The notes: generated by a model from the letters alone, not told the origin. Counted from the stretch's first letter, positions 12,135 to 24,395 are shown. The stretch is 64,000 nucleotides of DNA from Blepharisma stoltei ATCC 30299 (GCA_965603825.1 CBFDEM010000024.1:1-64000), one strand, 5' to 3'. Program-made: numbers and translations.

Positions 12135-13922
12135 ATGGATCAGCTTATAGCTAAAGATCATAGGTACTGACTAAAAGAAGGGAATAAACTGTATGACAAA
12201 AATTTGTTAAAAGAAGCAATAGAATGCTATGACGAAGCAATTAAGCTTAAACCTAATTACGCTCCTGCCTACCAGGAAAAAGGCAGTGCTCTTGATGATT
12301 TAGGCAGAAGTGTTGAAGCAATAGACTGTCTTAATGAAGCAATCAAGCTTAAGCCTAATTATACTACTGCATACATCAATAAAGCCTATACACTTCATCA
12401 TTTATGCAAAAATCTTGAAGCAATAAAATGCTGAAATAAAGCAATTAAACTCAAGCCTGATGATGCTCATGTACACTATAATAAAGGAGTCGCTCTTAAG
12501 GATTTAGACAGGAAGCTTGAAGCAATCGAATGCTATAGTGAAGCAATCAAACTTCAGCCTGATCATGCTAACGCTCACTATAATAAAGGCTCTGCTCTTT
12601 TGGATTTGGAAAGATATGTTGAAGCAATAGATTGCTATAATGAAGTCATCAAACTCGACCCCACCGATGCTTCTTCTTACTATAATAAAGCTATTGCTCT
12701 TAAGCAAATTGATCGAAAACTCGAAGCAATAGAGTATTTTAATCAAGCGATCAAATTCAGACCTGCTTATGCTAAAGCTTTCTATAATAAAGGTTTAGTT
12801 CTCTCTGACTTAGGCAGGAATCCAGAAGCAATAGAATGCTATAATGAAGCGATCAAGCTTATTCCAGACGATGCATCAATTTATTATGCCAAAGCACTTG
12901 CTTTTCGTAATTTAGGCAGACAGCTTGAAGCCATAGAATTTTATAATGAGGCGATAAAACTAAAGCCTTATTACTCTGAAGCTTACTTTAATAAAGGAAA
13001 TGATCTGAGTGATTTAAAAAGATATTTAGAAGCAATAGAGTGTTATAACGAAGTATTAAAACTTAAACCTGACCAAACTTCTGCGTATTATAATAAAGGC
13101 TTGTCTCTTTGCGACTTAGACAGATATATTGAAGCAATAGAATGCTTTGACGAGGCGATTAGACTTAGGCCTGGCTATGCTAAAGCTTACAATAGTAAAG
13201 GAACTGCTCTTGATACTTTAGGCAGGGTTGCTGAAGCAATAGAGTTTTATAATAGAGCTATTGAATTCAAGCCTGACTATGCTATGGCGTATAATAATAA
13301 AGGCCTAGCTCTTAAAGCTTTAGGCAGGAGTGAGGAAGCAATAGAATGTTTTACTGAAGCGATCGAACTCATGCCTGACAATCATCTATACTTCTCTGAT
13401 CGCGGAGCATTGCTCAATGATCTAGGGCGAAAAAAAGAAGCTCAACTGGATTTTGATAAAGCAAAAATTTTGATGCAAGAAGAGCAAGCAAGAAAAAATA
13501 ATAATATCGCTAAAGGAAGTGTTGCAAAAGTAAATACTGCTTTTAGCAATAGCATACCTGAAAAAATTTCAAAAAGGAAGACAAAAAATAGAAAAGCTAA
13601 AGCAAAGTCAACAATTGCCAAGCGCATAAATAAGAAGGGAAGAAATAAGTCAGAAACTTTCGCCCTGTACATTTACAGAGTCCTTAAGCAAGTTCATCCA
13701 AACATTGGGATATCAAAAAGATCAATGAGCATTATGAATTCATTTATCAAAGATATTTTCGAAAGAATCTGCTTCGAAGCAAGAAATCTTGCTATATATG
13801 AAAAGAAAAGAACTCTCAGCAGCAGAGAAATCCAATCTTCTGTAAAATTGATACTCCCTGGTGAACTTGCGAAGCATGCTCTCAGTGAAGGAAACAAGGC
13901 ATGCACTAAATTTGCATCATAA
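12135..13922 (+). CDS. 13xTPR - histone H2B fusion protein (595 aa)
   Basis: ATG at 12135, open to TAA at 13920-13922 with two TGA=Trp (12168, 12432). 13 consecutive 34-aa TPRs, a Lys/Arg-rich linker, then [40 protein letters not shown]...[34 protein letters not shown], a complete H2B fold. Confidence 0.9.
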
Positions 13923-14488
13923 TTTAATTGAGCTCAATAATTTACTTGAGCTTTATATGTCTCATTTGCTAATCCTAAAATAATTCTATACTAAATAAAA
14001 TCTTCTTTTATTTCCCTTATTGAAATGGATTAAGAAGAAGAAAAATAGCCAAAACAAAGTATTTCTCTTTATATTGATAATAATGATAGCACGCTAATCA
14101 AATAATAGTGAACAACTAGGAAATTTTTTATATGCATGATTACGCTATTTTATAATTAATTGCTATAAATTGCATATCTAATAAGAACTTTTATAATTAA
14201 TTGCATAGTTAATTATTACTAACTTCGAAAAATATAAAATTTTTTCTTTCATATCAGGGGGATTAGAGCATCTTAATTGTTTATTAATCATTAACAAAGA
14301 TAATGTGTTAATAAATACTAAATCTAAAAGCTCTTATATTAATATTTTATTCATTTTATGATTATGAGCCTATAATGCAAAGTTAATTTATTGATATCAG
14401 AGTTTAAGAATCGGATTTAATTTTTTTTATACTTTATTTAAGTTTGTATTTTAATTTCAATTTAAAATTAGCTATCCAGTAATAATCT

Positions 14489-17230
14489 TTATATAAAAGA
14501 TATATCTTCATTGTTAGCCGAAGTCCATCCTAATTTTAAGTTCACTATCAACTTTTCATTTTTCTCTTTTATTATTCTTTCGTTATATTCTTTGATCGTA
14601 TCATCTATACTTCATAATTGAAATGATTCAGCTGGAATAATAGAAATTAAATATTTCCCACATGGTGCCCAAATTATTCCTTCAATTCATTCAAAAATCC
14701 TTCCAGTTTTAGCTATTTGAATTCCTTTCTTTATATCTCATATAATAATTTCATTCCTGTCAGTGCTGGCTAGGTAATTTTCGCAGGTTGAAAAGCAAAT
14801 TTTCGTATATAAATAATTTTTTGAGTTTTCATTATAAAGCAGTTTCTTTAAGTTTTTTTCTTTTCAGTTAAAAAGATATATTGCCGAATTATTTAGAACA
14901 TTTGGAAAGCCTAATCAATTACCGCTGCTCGATCCAATCATTTCATTTCTTAGATTTCTGATTTTATAAATTTTGCAGTCAGCAACATTACTACTTTTCC
15001 TATCTCAAATAACTAAAGACTCATAAGAAGTATAAAATATAAACATATCATTCACAAATGACGAAAAATAAATTTTGAAATCTTCATCTTCGCCATCATT
15101 TATTTCTAAAAATTGAATTAAGCCTCCTGAGTCTATACTAAATAGATAAAAATTTTCTTGCCTGGAAATAACACAAATTTCCCTTAAACACTGAGAAATT
15201 TTAACTTTGACACAATCAATACTTGTTTGAACAGTCTTTATAATCTTTCCTTCTTTTACATCAATAATCTTTATCGTATCCATAATTCCTGATTGGCTTA
15301 TTTCCGTACCTATGCATGCAATTAAATTTCCAGAGAGTTCATAATGCCTTGCATTAAATTTAGAAACATCATAATCAATTCACCAGTTTCTCTGCTTTGC
15401 ATTTCACAATTTTATTTTCCCATAATAAGCTGAAAAAATGACAAGCATTTGCCCACAAGCAGTAATATTTGATGAAACTGAATTAAATGCATCATTTTCA
15501 TTGAAGTCTAGCTTTAAATTATAATGCAAGTTTTTAAAAGGTTTGCTTGCTTTGCATCCTGATATAATTCCTGAATCATATACCCTTCCCATTATTTTAT
15601 TATTTTTATATGGTAAATTACCATTTCTAAAGTATAATATTGCCATACGCTGATTTTCGATTTCAATCAGCCCGAATTTTTGAGGAGAAAAAATAAGTAA
15701 GTATTTGCCACTTGAGGGTATGGTGCAATAGCTCATTTGAACAGCTTTAAATTGTAAAAAGGGCTCTTCTTTTTCAATGTTTCACATTTGGTACATATAG
15801 TTATTTTTTTCAATTATAAGAAATTTCCCTTGTAATGAGAAGGGTCTTCCTGATGAAATTGTAATATTTTTATATAATGATATTGACTTTGTCGATCAAA
15901 TTGTGATCTTCCCAACTGCGCTTCATAAAAGGTAATTAGAGCATGATGAAAAAATGATTCTATCTAAAAGCAAACCATGGAAAATAAGTATTTTTTCAAT
16001 GAGCTGCAGAGAAGGCAGTTTTTTTATAAAAATGTAATCTGTATAGTAATATGCAAGCATTTCTTCATTGATTGCTAATATTTTGGATGGAATTGGTGAG
16101 GACTCAATATTTAATTTATTGACAGTATTTCTATTAAAATCCCACACTCTGACTTCTGAGTTAAATGAGTCTCTTATGTTTATAAAAATCAAATTTGAGT
16201 CATAAGAGAACTTTGTAACAGTTTCGTAGCTCTTCTGAACCCATAGCCCAAGAGTGATGACTTGTTCCATTGTCAACATAGAAAATAATTTAAAATTTTT
16301 TACGTATAACTCATCCTCGTCATCTAATTTCTCTGGCTCGCTAATTGTAACAAAATATTTGCTGCATTTGGAAACTATTACCTCAGAAATTTTTTCTGAT
16401 GATGAAAGGAATAATGCTTCGAAAGGAGCCTGGCTCTGGATCTTGGAATTGCTAAAATTGGATGAAGCAATTAACGATGGAAGAAAGTCAGTGTAAGATA
16501 AATCACAATTAGAAAAGTCAGTATAAATAAAAGCTCCACGAGTTAAATCAGCAAATGGAATTTTGATCCCTTGCAAAAACCTGCAATTAAATGAGAATCC
16601 TATCAATTTTAACATTGTTGCAGCATTGCTAGAGGCCAAAGAAATATCATCGTGCTCTCTTGATAAGAGCATGATTTTATATAAGCTGTCTTGAAGCTCT
16701 TCTGACGAAAAGCATTGAAGATGCATGGTGATGTTTCTTAAATCTGACAAGTTTATTTGGTTAAAATAAGATTTCTTAAACGCATGAATTGTTTTCCAGT
16801 TTTTTAAGTCCGAAACAATCTTTTTTGCTAGCTTAATGTCAATTAGAGTTGTTGGTATTGCGCAAGTTGATAGATTGAGCTCCTGATTTGATGGGCAATT
16901 GTGATATTTATTTTTAAAGGTACCGATCATAAGATTTTTTGGGGTTTTTTCCTTCAGGTCTTTTAAATTGTTTTGGCTGCTTATTATTATTTTTTCAGTA
17001 GAATTGGAATTTCTTTTCTTGAGGGTATGGTTTAGATTTGAAATAGTTTGCAATGCATTTTCGAAGATCTTGATTTTATTGATAATCGGCAAAATTTTTT
17101 GCTTTTCATTAGGGCATAGCAGTTTTTTGAAACAAATGTTTTGGAGTCAGCAGTTTTTTGCGAAAACTCTTTGATTCAGCGTAATTTCAAAGTTGAACTC
17201 TTTTAAACACTTTTTCGTCTCTTCTTTCAT
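14489..17230 (-). CDS. Pentapeptide-repeat + WD40-repeat protein (913 aa)
   Basis: One frame with TGA=Trp from ATG 17230 to TAA 14489. ASSNAATML..F..LQGIKIPFADL..G.F..TDFS.CDLS motif followed by many WD-like blades (VRVWD, LVIWD, IIIWD). Confidence 0.8.
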
Positions 17231-18050
17231 GAATTATAAAAAGAATAGTTTTTAAGATTTTTTATCATACTTAAATTCTTATTTCCACTGCTTAAGATTT
17301 TATGTTTTTATTGTTGCAGAAATTGAAGTAACAAAATTTAGCAAGAGCCATAATAATTTCTTATCATTTTTTATTCTCGTCAACGCTAATATCTATTTAT
17401 TACTTAAATTAATTTAAATTTTAAAAGAAAAGATATGATTCGGCAAAAAATTCTTAGTGGCGTGCTTGCCCTTTAAAACTCTAGGTCCTAATCTCATAGA
17501 AAAAGAAATCTGGACGAAAGAAAGAATCCCGCTGCACTTCTAAATATTTATAAATTGGCAGTATAAAAATTTTGTCTTTACTCTTTTCCAAATAAGCTCT
17601 AAGCTCGGATTTTTATAGCAAATAAGTATGAAAATTAGAAAGAAAATAGACTTCTGCTCCTGCAAATTCACTCAATGCCCATTAGTAAAATCATAATTGC
17701 ACAAATTTTTAGTCCATTCAAGCTTGATCCAGGTGATAAAATCTTGGGTTCGTACTAATTTGGCTTTAATTTTGCAACGCTGAGGAAAAATTGTTGATTA
17801 AATAAAAATTAATTAAAATTATATGCAGATTTTTTGAAATGAGTTTGTATAATTTTTAAAAGTCTTTTATTAAACTACTAATCGCTTCACAATTTAAAGA
17901 AATTCCTGATGATTCTTAATATTTATTATTCTGTAGCAATAATGAATTTTTTCATGCTCATTTGAATAGTGTATTATCAAGCATGAAATAATAACTCATA
18001 TTCGATTTAATAGCAAAACTAAAATTTATGATTTCCAATCAAAATGTTAT

Positions 18051-18209
18051 TTAATTTTCTTTAGCTTTGTCTTTAGGTTTCAATTGCTGTTTTGTTTTTG
18101 CTTTCTCATCCAATTCGTCTTCATCAAGGCACAAGAAATGATACCCTATAATCAAAATCACTACGACTGCTCCTAATACATTTAGCAGGAAATACAACTC
18201 GTACTCCAT
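18051..18209 (-). CDS. OST4: Oligosaccharyltransferase small subunit OST4-like (52 aa)
   Basis: MEYELYFLLNVLGAVVVILIIGYHFL fits the OST4 single-TM pattern L...N.LG.....L++.YH++. Too short for the ORF track. Confidence 0.7.
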   Translation of the reverse strand: MEYELYFLLNVLGAVVVILIIGYHFLCLDEDELDEKAKTKQQLKPKDKAKEN

Positions 18210-18290
18210 TTATATATTTATAAACTTTTTACAATTTAATCCTATTACCTATATATAATCTCAAGCTCTATTAATTTAAAGAAAGAGCGT

Positions 18291-19829
18291 CTACTTCACT
18301 TTTCGCTTTTTCCTCACAATTTTAGTCACCAAACATTTGATCTCCTGGACCATTTCTTTAGTAACAATTGTTGTAGCAGTGATTGTGTTTTTCGTCAAAT
18401 CATCTGTCTCTACTTTGAACGGTGAAGACAAAACTGAAGGCAAACGAATAGGCTTTATTTTCCATTTTCCGAAGGCTGATCGGAGTCTAGATTTATAAAT
18501 AATGATTGAGAGTCGTACAGCATTCAAACTCATATGCTTTTCATTCTGCGCTGCTAGGTCTTCAATTTTAGACTCAATCTCACTGAGTTTTAGCTTGAAT
18601 TCCTGAGTCTTGTCTTCTTTCTTTTTGGGACTTTTTCTTGGGAAAGGCGACCCATATTTTTCAACATTTTCAAGGTCTTTTAAGGCTTTTAACGATTCTT
18701 CATGGAATATGGTAGCTTTGGCTTTAAGCTGATTATTTTCTGATTCAAGGAGTTTTATTTTTTCTTTAAGAACTTCAGCATCCACAATTTCTGCAGGCGA
18801 TTTACCAACTCTGGTCCCTCGACGACTTCTAGGGGCTGTTAAATATCGCCTTAACAGTATTGACCTGGCCCTTTCTACTTGGACCTCGTGTACGTTTTCT
18901 TTTTCTATGCTGCTTTCATCATTTTTTTCCTTGCTAGAATTCAAGTTTTCGAAAGATTTTTCGAACCTGCTGTCATCAAGACATAACGAATCTGTAAATC
19001 TCACTGAATCAGTATGGGCGACGTTTAACTTTGAGTAGGAATTTTCTACGTCATGCCTTTCTATATTAATACTGTCAGGGAATTTTTCTCAGTCGTGAAA
19101 AACTGTATCAGCAGTATTCTTGTGATGGATTTGCTGCACAGGACTTGAGTATAAAAACACGTTTTCCTTGTATCTCTGATTAATCATAGTTCTAATACCA
19201 GCTGGGGTAAATAGCAAAGGATATTTCAGCAGTCTAGTTATAAATGCTCGCTTAGAAATCACATCTTTTTGCAGCAGGAGCAGATTTTTGGTTGCAAAAA
19301 TAAAATCTTTTTGGGCATCAACAAGCTTTTTTTCAATTTCTGAAAGTTTTTCCATAGATATTTGGTCAGGCTTCTTGCCTAAAGCCATCCATACAAGATT
19401 GATTGCGATCGTAGAAATGATCTCAAGAAACGTTTCGACCTGCTCCCCCTTCAGTTCGATGACTTTATTATTAATTACATCGTGAAACAGAAGTGCTTTA
19501 GTCTTTAACTGGTCCTTAGTCAATAGAATGATCAAGGCTTTCAATTTCCTTGCATCAATTTTATCGTCCTGCTTAATTGTTTTGTACATTGAGCTAGCTC
19601 GCCCAGTGTTAAGTGGGAAAGAACTAGATGGAAATTTAAAGAAATACAAAATTTCTCAGAATGACTTGATGGTGATATAGTCTTCGGTTTCTTGGTTTGA
19701 CTCTATGCACTCTATCATAGTTTCAGCCTGACATTCATTGAAGTTAAGCTGCTTCTCTCACTGCGATATTTTAACTTCATCTATTTTCAAATGAGGGAGA
19801 CCTAAGGTGTTTGAAGCCGAACATCCCAT
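18291..19829 (-). CDS. Uncharacterised protein (512 aa) with N-terminal MGCSAS acylation motif and coiled coil
   Basis: ORFs 19089-19649 and 18291-19004 join through TGA=Trp and extend to ATG 19829. MGCxxS fits a myristoylation/palmitoylation signal. Confidence 0.75.
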
Positions 19830-20031
19830 ATTTTATTACCAAATTATAAATTCTATAACTGATTAAGTAAAAATTTGCCTGAGAGATCTGCTTCATCATT
19901 CGTGTGGATTTCGTTATGTTGAATTAATTAAAATGGAACTATCGGGCCCGATCTTGAATTTCAAATGAAATTTGCGTTTTAAGGTGATCAATAAATTTGC
20001 AAAAATAAATATAGAGAAATAAAATAGCTAA

Positions 20032-21555
20032 ATGTGTAACCCTTTATTACACATCTGGAAGGAAATGATCTCAGTGTCAAAGACGTGATCAATCAAGAAC
20101 CAGATGATGATCTGCTATTTAATGACCATGCTCATCATTATTCTCCTCATCATCTTTTTCCAAATCTTCAATCTCAATCTCTTAGAAGTCTCAACCACTA
20201 ACAGGATGGAGGAAGCTTTGGACAAGCAGGCTAGAGAAAATATGCTGAGCTTGATCAGAGAAAGCGGGGCTTATATTTTTTCTAAATTCCAAGAAGTCTT
20301 TATCATGTTCGATGTTGTTGGCCAAATGCTCATCAGCATGTATAATGAAAATACCTTTGCACTGGAGTATTTAACACCTATGAGATTTTCCAGCATCCCA
20401 GCTTCAGAGTTATCAAGCAATGTGTCGTTTTATGAAGGGCAGAATATCAGTTATTCGTATAGCTGCTTTTATAATTTCAGCTCAACTTATGATGGAACTT
20501 TGCTTAAAAAGGTGTCAAGATTTGATAATATCTGGAAAATGCTACTGGATTTGACGACTGGGACAGCCATCAGATTTTATATTTTATTCGAAGAGGGAAA
20601 TTTTATGGTCATTTATCCAGCCTCAAATCTGCCGAAAGGCTATAATCCGTATACGCAAATATGGTATACAACTTTTATTGAGAACCAAAATTCAACGACC
20701 TTGGCGACTACTTCTTATAAAGATATCATAGGTGATGGCAAAGGAATTATCTCGCTAGTTGCGCCTTTAAATAATGCATATGGACAGAGAATTGGCTTAA
20801 TTGTTGCAGACTTGCCAATTGTGTTTATAAATCAAGAAATATCGAAGATTTCTTATTTAAATAGTGGACAAACAGGACTGATTTATAAAAATGGTGACAT
20901 TCTGCAGTCCCCCAACACAGGGTGGTGGAGCAATAAGTACAAAAACATTGACCAGATCCCAGACAAAGTTTTCTGAAAACAAGTTTCGTCTACCTCGCCG
21001 CCTATTGGAATCTACTATTTAATAGACGATAATGTGATTTATAGGGTCGCTACTTATCCAGTGATGGACTCTGCAATAGACTCAACTAACTGGTACTTTT
21101 TATTAATGCTTTTTGTGAGCGAAGAAGAAATCATGGAAGACAAAAACGACAGCCAAACTAAAATTGAGGACTTTGGGGTCATTTTGCTGATTTCTACAAT
21201 CCTCTGCTCTATAGCTACTATGTCAGTTGTCACAGTTTGCATTTATTTCTTGGCAAGGCTCATTTTGAAGCCAATTAATGGTGTTATTGATTTCACGAAT
21301 AAAATTAACGCGACGATTGACAGTGAAAAAGACCCAGTCACACTTGAAGAGCTGAACAGCTTGTATGAAGGCGAGGACCAAGTTGCCCACCTCGTCAAGG
21401 CTTTTAAGTCATTTGCTAGCAATCTAATAAACCGAACCGATGATAGGATGCCTAAGCCTTTGTTAATATCTCAGAAGCGAATTTTTCCTCCAAATGAGTT
21501 TTATTTGAATAAGCGACTGAATTTGAGAGGAATGATTAATCAAATAAGAGAGTAA
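20032..21555 (+). CDS. Two-TM dCache + HAMP sensor-like membrane protein (507 aa)
   Basis: Joined through TGA at 20974. TM1, dCache motifs YNPYTQIWY and SYKD...IISLVAPL...IGLIVADL, TM2, HAMP (ILKPINGVIDFTNKI...DQVAHLVKAF). Confidence 0.8.
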
Positions 21556-21574
21556 TATTTTTTTAATATAAACA

Positions 21575-24199
21575 ATGAAGCACTCCTTCCCATCCCTGAA
21601 AATGACAGGGAATAATACAATGGTCTCTATTCCTATGCCCAGCAGAGTCCACAAAAGATCGTCTTCTCAGTTTTATAGCGAAACGACACAAAATTCTACT
21701 ATCAACTCCAAAGATTTTGACTTAGCAAAGTCTTCTGAGCTGAGTTTTACAAATAGCTTACATTATTCTTCCACGAGGAAGGGATCTGATACACTACTAG
21801 TCGCTGAATTTCAGCGGCTTGACAAAGAGCTGGAAATAAAAGAAGTCGAGTTAGAAGGGCTGAGGCATTTAAATTCATCTCAACAATATCTATGTGAAAA
21901 AGAATACGAAATCTATCGATGGTATTTAGAAGAGCTAGCTTTAAGCTTATTGCATAAAGATAAAGGAATTAGCAACCGAATAATTAAAGGAATTACTGGA
22001 TTTTTAAAAGTCGCAAAAAAGTCGTTTTCAGCAAAACCAATTGAAGAAAGCCAGCCCAAAAAACGCCATAAAGAAAATTCATCTCAAACTGAAGAAATAG
22101 ATGACAAGGAAGAGATCAGATTTTGCTCCACCCCAGAGCTTAATTTTATAAGAGACCTGAGTGGAAAATTGCAGAATGTCCGATTCTCGAAAATCACAAA
22201 GAAATTGTGCGATCTTTATGACTCTATATGCAAAATGCATACAGAAGTCCCAATATCTCCTACAGAACTCCCAGACGGTTATGATTTTGACGAGTACAAA
22301 GCAGCGAAGCTGCTTGAAGCAAATATCCATGATTTTCACAGTAAGCTTACTGTGACATTTTCAAAAGGACAGCCAAAACAAAATGCCAATGGAAATGACA
22401 AAGAAACACAAACAGACACTGCTGATAGAAAAGAGTCGAAGAAAGGAAAAGACCCTTTGCTGCAAGATAAAGAAATAGATACTGAGCTTCTGAAACAAAA
22501 ATACAATCACTTAATAAGTGAAAACAAAAGGCTCGAAGATGTAATCAATAAAATGAAGCATAACTTGCAAGACATAGAAAAGAAATTTAATGATAACGAA
22601 TTTGAAGCTTTTCAAGCCAAAAATAAGCAAACAGCTATTGAGGAAGAGCTGAAGGCAAGTAAGGAAAGAAACTCGCTGCTTTCTAATAAACTCATTGATA
22701 AGGATAAGGTCTTAAAAGCTATGAGAGCGGAAATAAATGATTTTAAAGTGAAGCTTATTGGGAAAAGAAATAAGCTGTCATCTTTAAGAGACAATCTTTT
22801 CCAGACTACTGTACATTTAAGGATAGCTGAAGAAAAACTCAAGCAAATTGAGGATTCCTGGCAGAAGAAATTTGGAGGGCCATATCATTTTTTGGAAATT
22901 GATGCAAATGAAATCATTAAAAAATATAAAATTTTCAAGATTGGCCAAAGTGACGAGGAAATTGATGCAAAAGCAAGCGAAATTGAGGCTCCAGACTGGG
23001 ATTCTGGTGATATTGATTTTTCTGATTTGAGAAAAATGAATGAAGGCTATCGAAAGACTTCACAAAACTATCCAAAGGCTAGCAGAGCGACTAGATATAA
23101 AGGAAATGCTCCATCTGCACGTGCAGAGAATGAAGGAAAAGAGCCTGGCGAAGGTAAAAAAGAAGACGTAGAAGCAAGCAATAGGAGGAAAGTACCCAAT
23201 GGCCAGAAAGGAAAGTATAATGGCAATCTAGGAATACTACAAAATGAATCTGAAGAAGAGGAAGAAGATGAAAGAGAAGAAAACAGAAGCAAAAATGATG
23301 CAAGAAGTAGAGAAAATAGTAAGCAAGAAAGAAGAGTCGTCTATGATAATATCTCTGCGAAATCGCAAGGAATTGGGCTAAAAAGTGCTGGGAATTCAGA
23401 AGGCCAGAAGGCAGCTGAGTCTGCTAATGATACTATTGAGTCACAAAGGGGTGTGCTTCAATCTAAAGACAAAGGCCGAAATGTCTCCCAGAGTGCCATT
23501 CAGACTCACTTATCAAAAACCGAGTTTTCTAATTCTATAAGAAATGAAGAAACTGTTCAAGACTCAGAAATTGAGTCAGAAATCGATGATTTTCCACAAG
23601 CACAAGCTCTTAGAAAACAAGAAAAAGAGCTTATAGCCAATCTGAATGATTTAGAGAAAAAATTTTTGGATTCTTTAAGCTATGATCAGCAGATTCTTTA
23701 TAAGGCTTATAAGGAGTCTCTCGACCATTTTAAGCTAGCCCAAAAACTTTCCAATATTAAGATCTTTTCCAAGTACACTCAATTTAATCTTTCAGAATTT
23801 TCATTGAGCAGTCCTCAGTCAAGAAAAGCTAGAGAGACCAGCTCATCTCCATCCAAAATTCGTAGGTCGCGTTTAGAAGGAGATACCATTATTGGTCCTA
23901 CAATGGTTGTCATCCACAGGCCAACACTCTCTGAGAATTTCAGTAGGGAGTATGAGGGGTTGATTGGAAATGACCAAATAAAACTCCCACCATTAGTAAT
24001 TTCAATTTTCAGCAGTGAGGCTGAAGCTCAAAATCTTTCCCCACGAGTAAAATCGGAGCTAATAAAGTGCTTTGAAGGCCATGACGAAAGAAAATGCGAG
24101 ACTGAGTGCATTCATTTAAAAAGAGCTATGATGATACGACAGAAATGCCGAGGAGTCCCTTATCCTTTGAAAAAGACTTTGATAAACGATTTAAACTAA
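21575..24199 (+). CDS. Uncharacterised coiled-coil protein (874 aa)
   Basis: Long ORF with heptad-rich middle, low-complexity acidic region and C-terminal CxxxCxH motif. Confidence 0.85.
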   Translation: MKHSFPSLKMTGNNTMVSIPMPSRVHKRSSSQFYSETTQNSTINSKDFDLAKSSELSFTNSLHYSSTRKGSDTLLVAEFQRLDKELEIKEVELEGLRHLNSSQQYLCEKEYEIYRWYLEELALSLLHKDKGISNRIIKGITGFLKVAKKSFSAKPIEESQPKKRHKENSSQTEEIDDKEEIRFCSTPELNFIRDLSGKLQNVRFSKITKKLCDLYDSICKMHTEVPISPTELPDGYDFDEYKAAKLLEANIHDFHSKLTVTFSKGQPKQNANGNDKETQTDTADRKESKKGKDPLLQDKEIDTELLKQKYNHLISENKRLEDVINKMKHNLQDIEKKFNDNEFEAFQAKNKQTAIEEELKASKERNSLLSNKLIDKDKVLKAMRAEINDFKVKLIGKRNKLSSLRDNLFQTTVHLRIAEEKLKQIEDSWQKKFGGPYHFLEIDANEIIKKYKIFKIGQSDEEIDAKASEIEAPDWDSGDIDFSDLRKMNEGYRKTSQNYPKASRATRYKGNAPSARAENEGKEPGEGKKEDVEASNRRKVPNGQKGKYNGNLGILQNESEEEEEDEREENRSKNDARSRENSKQERRVVYDNISAKSQGIGLKSAGNSEGQKAAESANDTIESQRGVLQSKDKGRNVSQSAIQTHLSKTEFSNSIRNEETVQDSEIESEIDDFPQAQALRKQEKELIANLNDLEKKFLDSLSYDQQILYKAYKESLDHFKLAQKLSNIKIFSKYTQFNLSEFSLSSPQSRKARETSSSPSKIRRSRLEGDTIIGPTMVVIHRPTLSENFSREYEGLIGNDQIKLPPLVISIFSSEAEAQNLSPRVKSELIKCFEGHDERKCETECIHLKRAMMIRQKCRGVPYPLKKTLINDLN

Positions 24200-24395
24200 A
24201 TTGTGATTATTATTCATTGCCTCCTAACTTTAAAAAAATAGATATCTACTCTACATATATAAAAAACTACCATTTTTATTAGAGATAAACGAACTCCCAT
24301 AATTGCTAGATTTATTTAATTCAACAATCTCAAAAGTATTGAAATTTGATTTATCATTACTGTAAACCTATACACCACACTATAAAATTGAAAAA

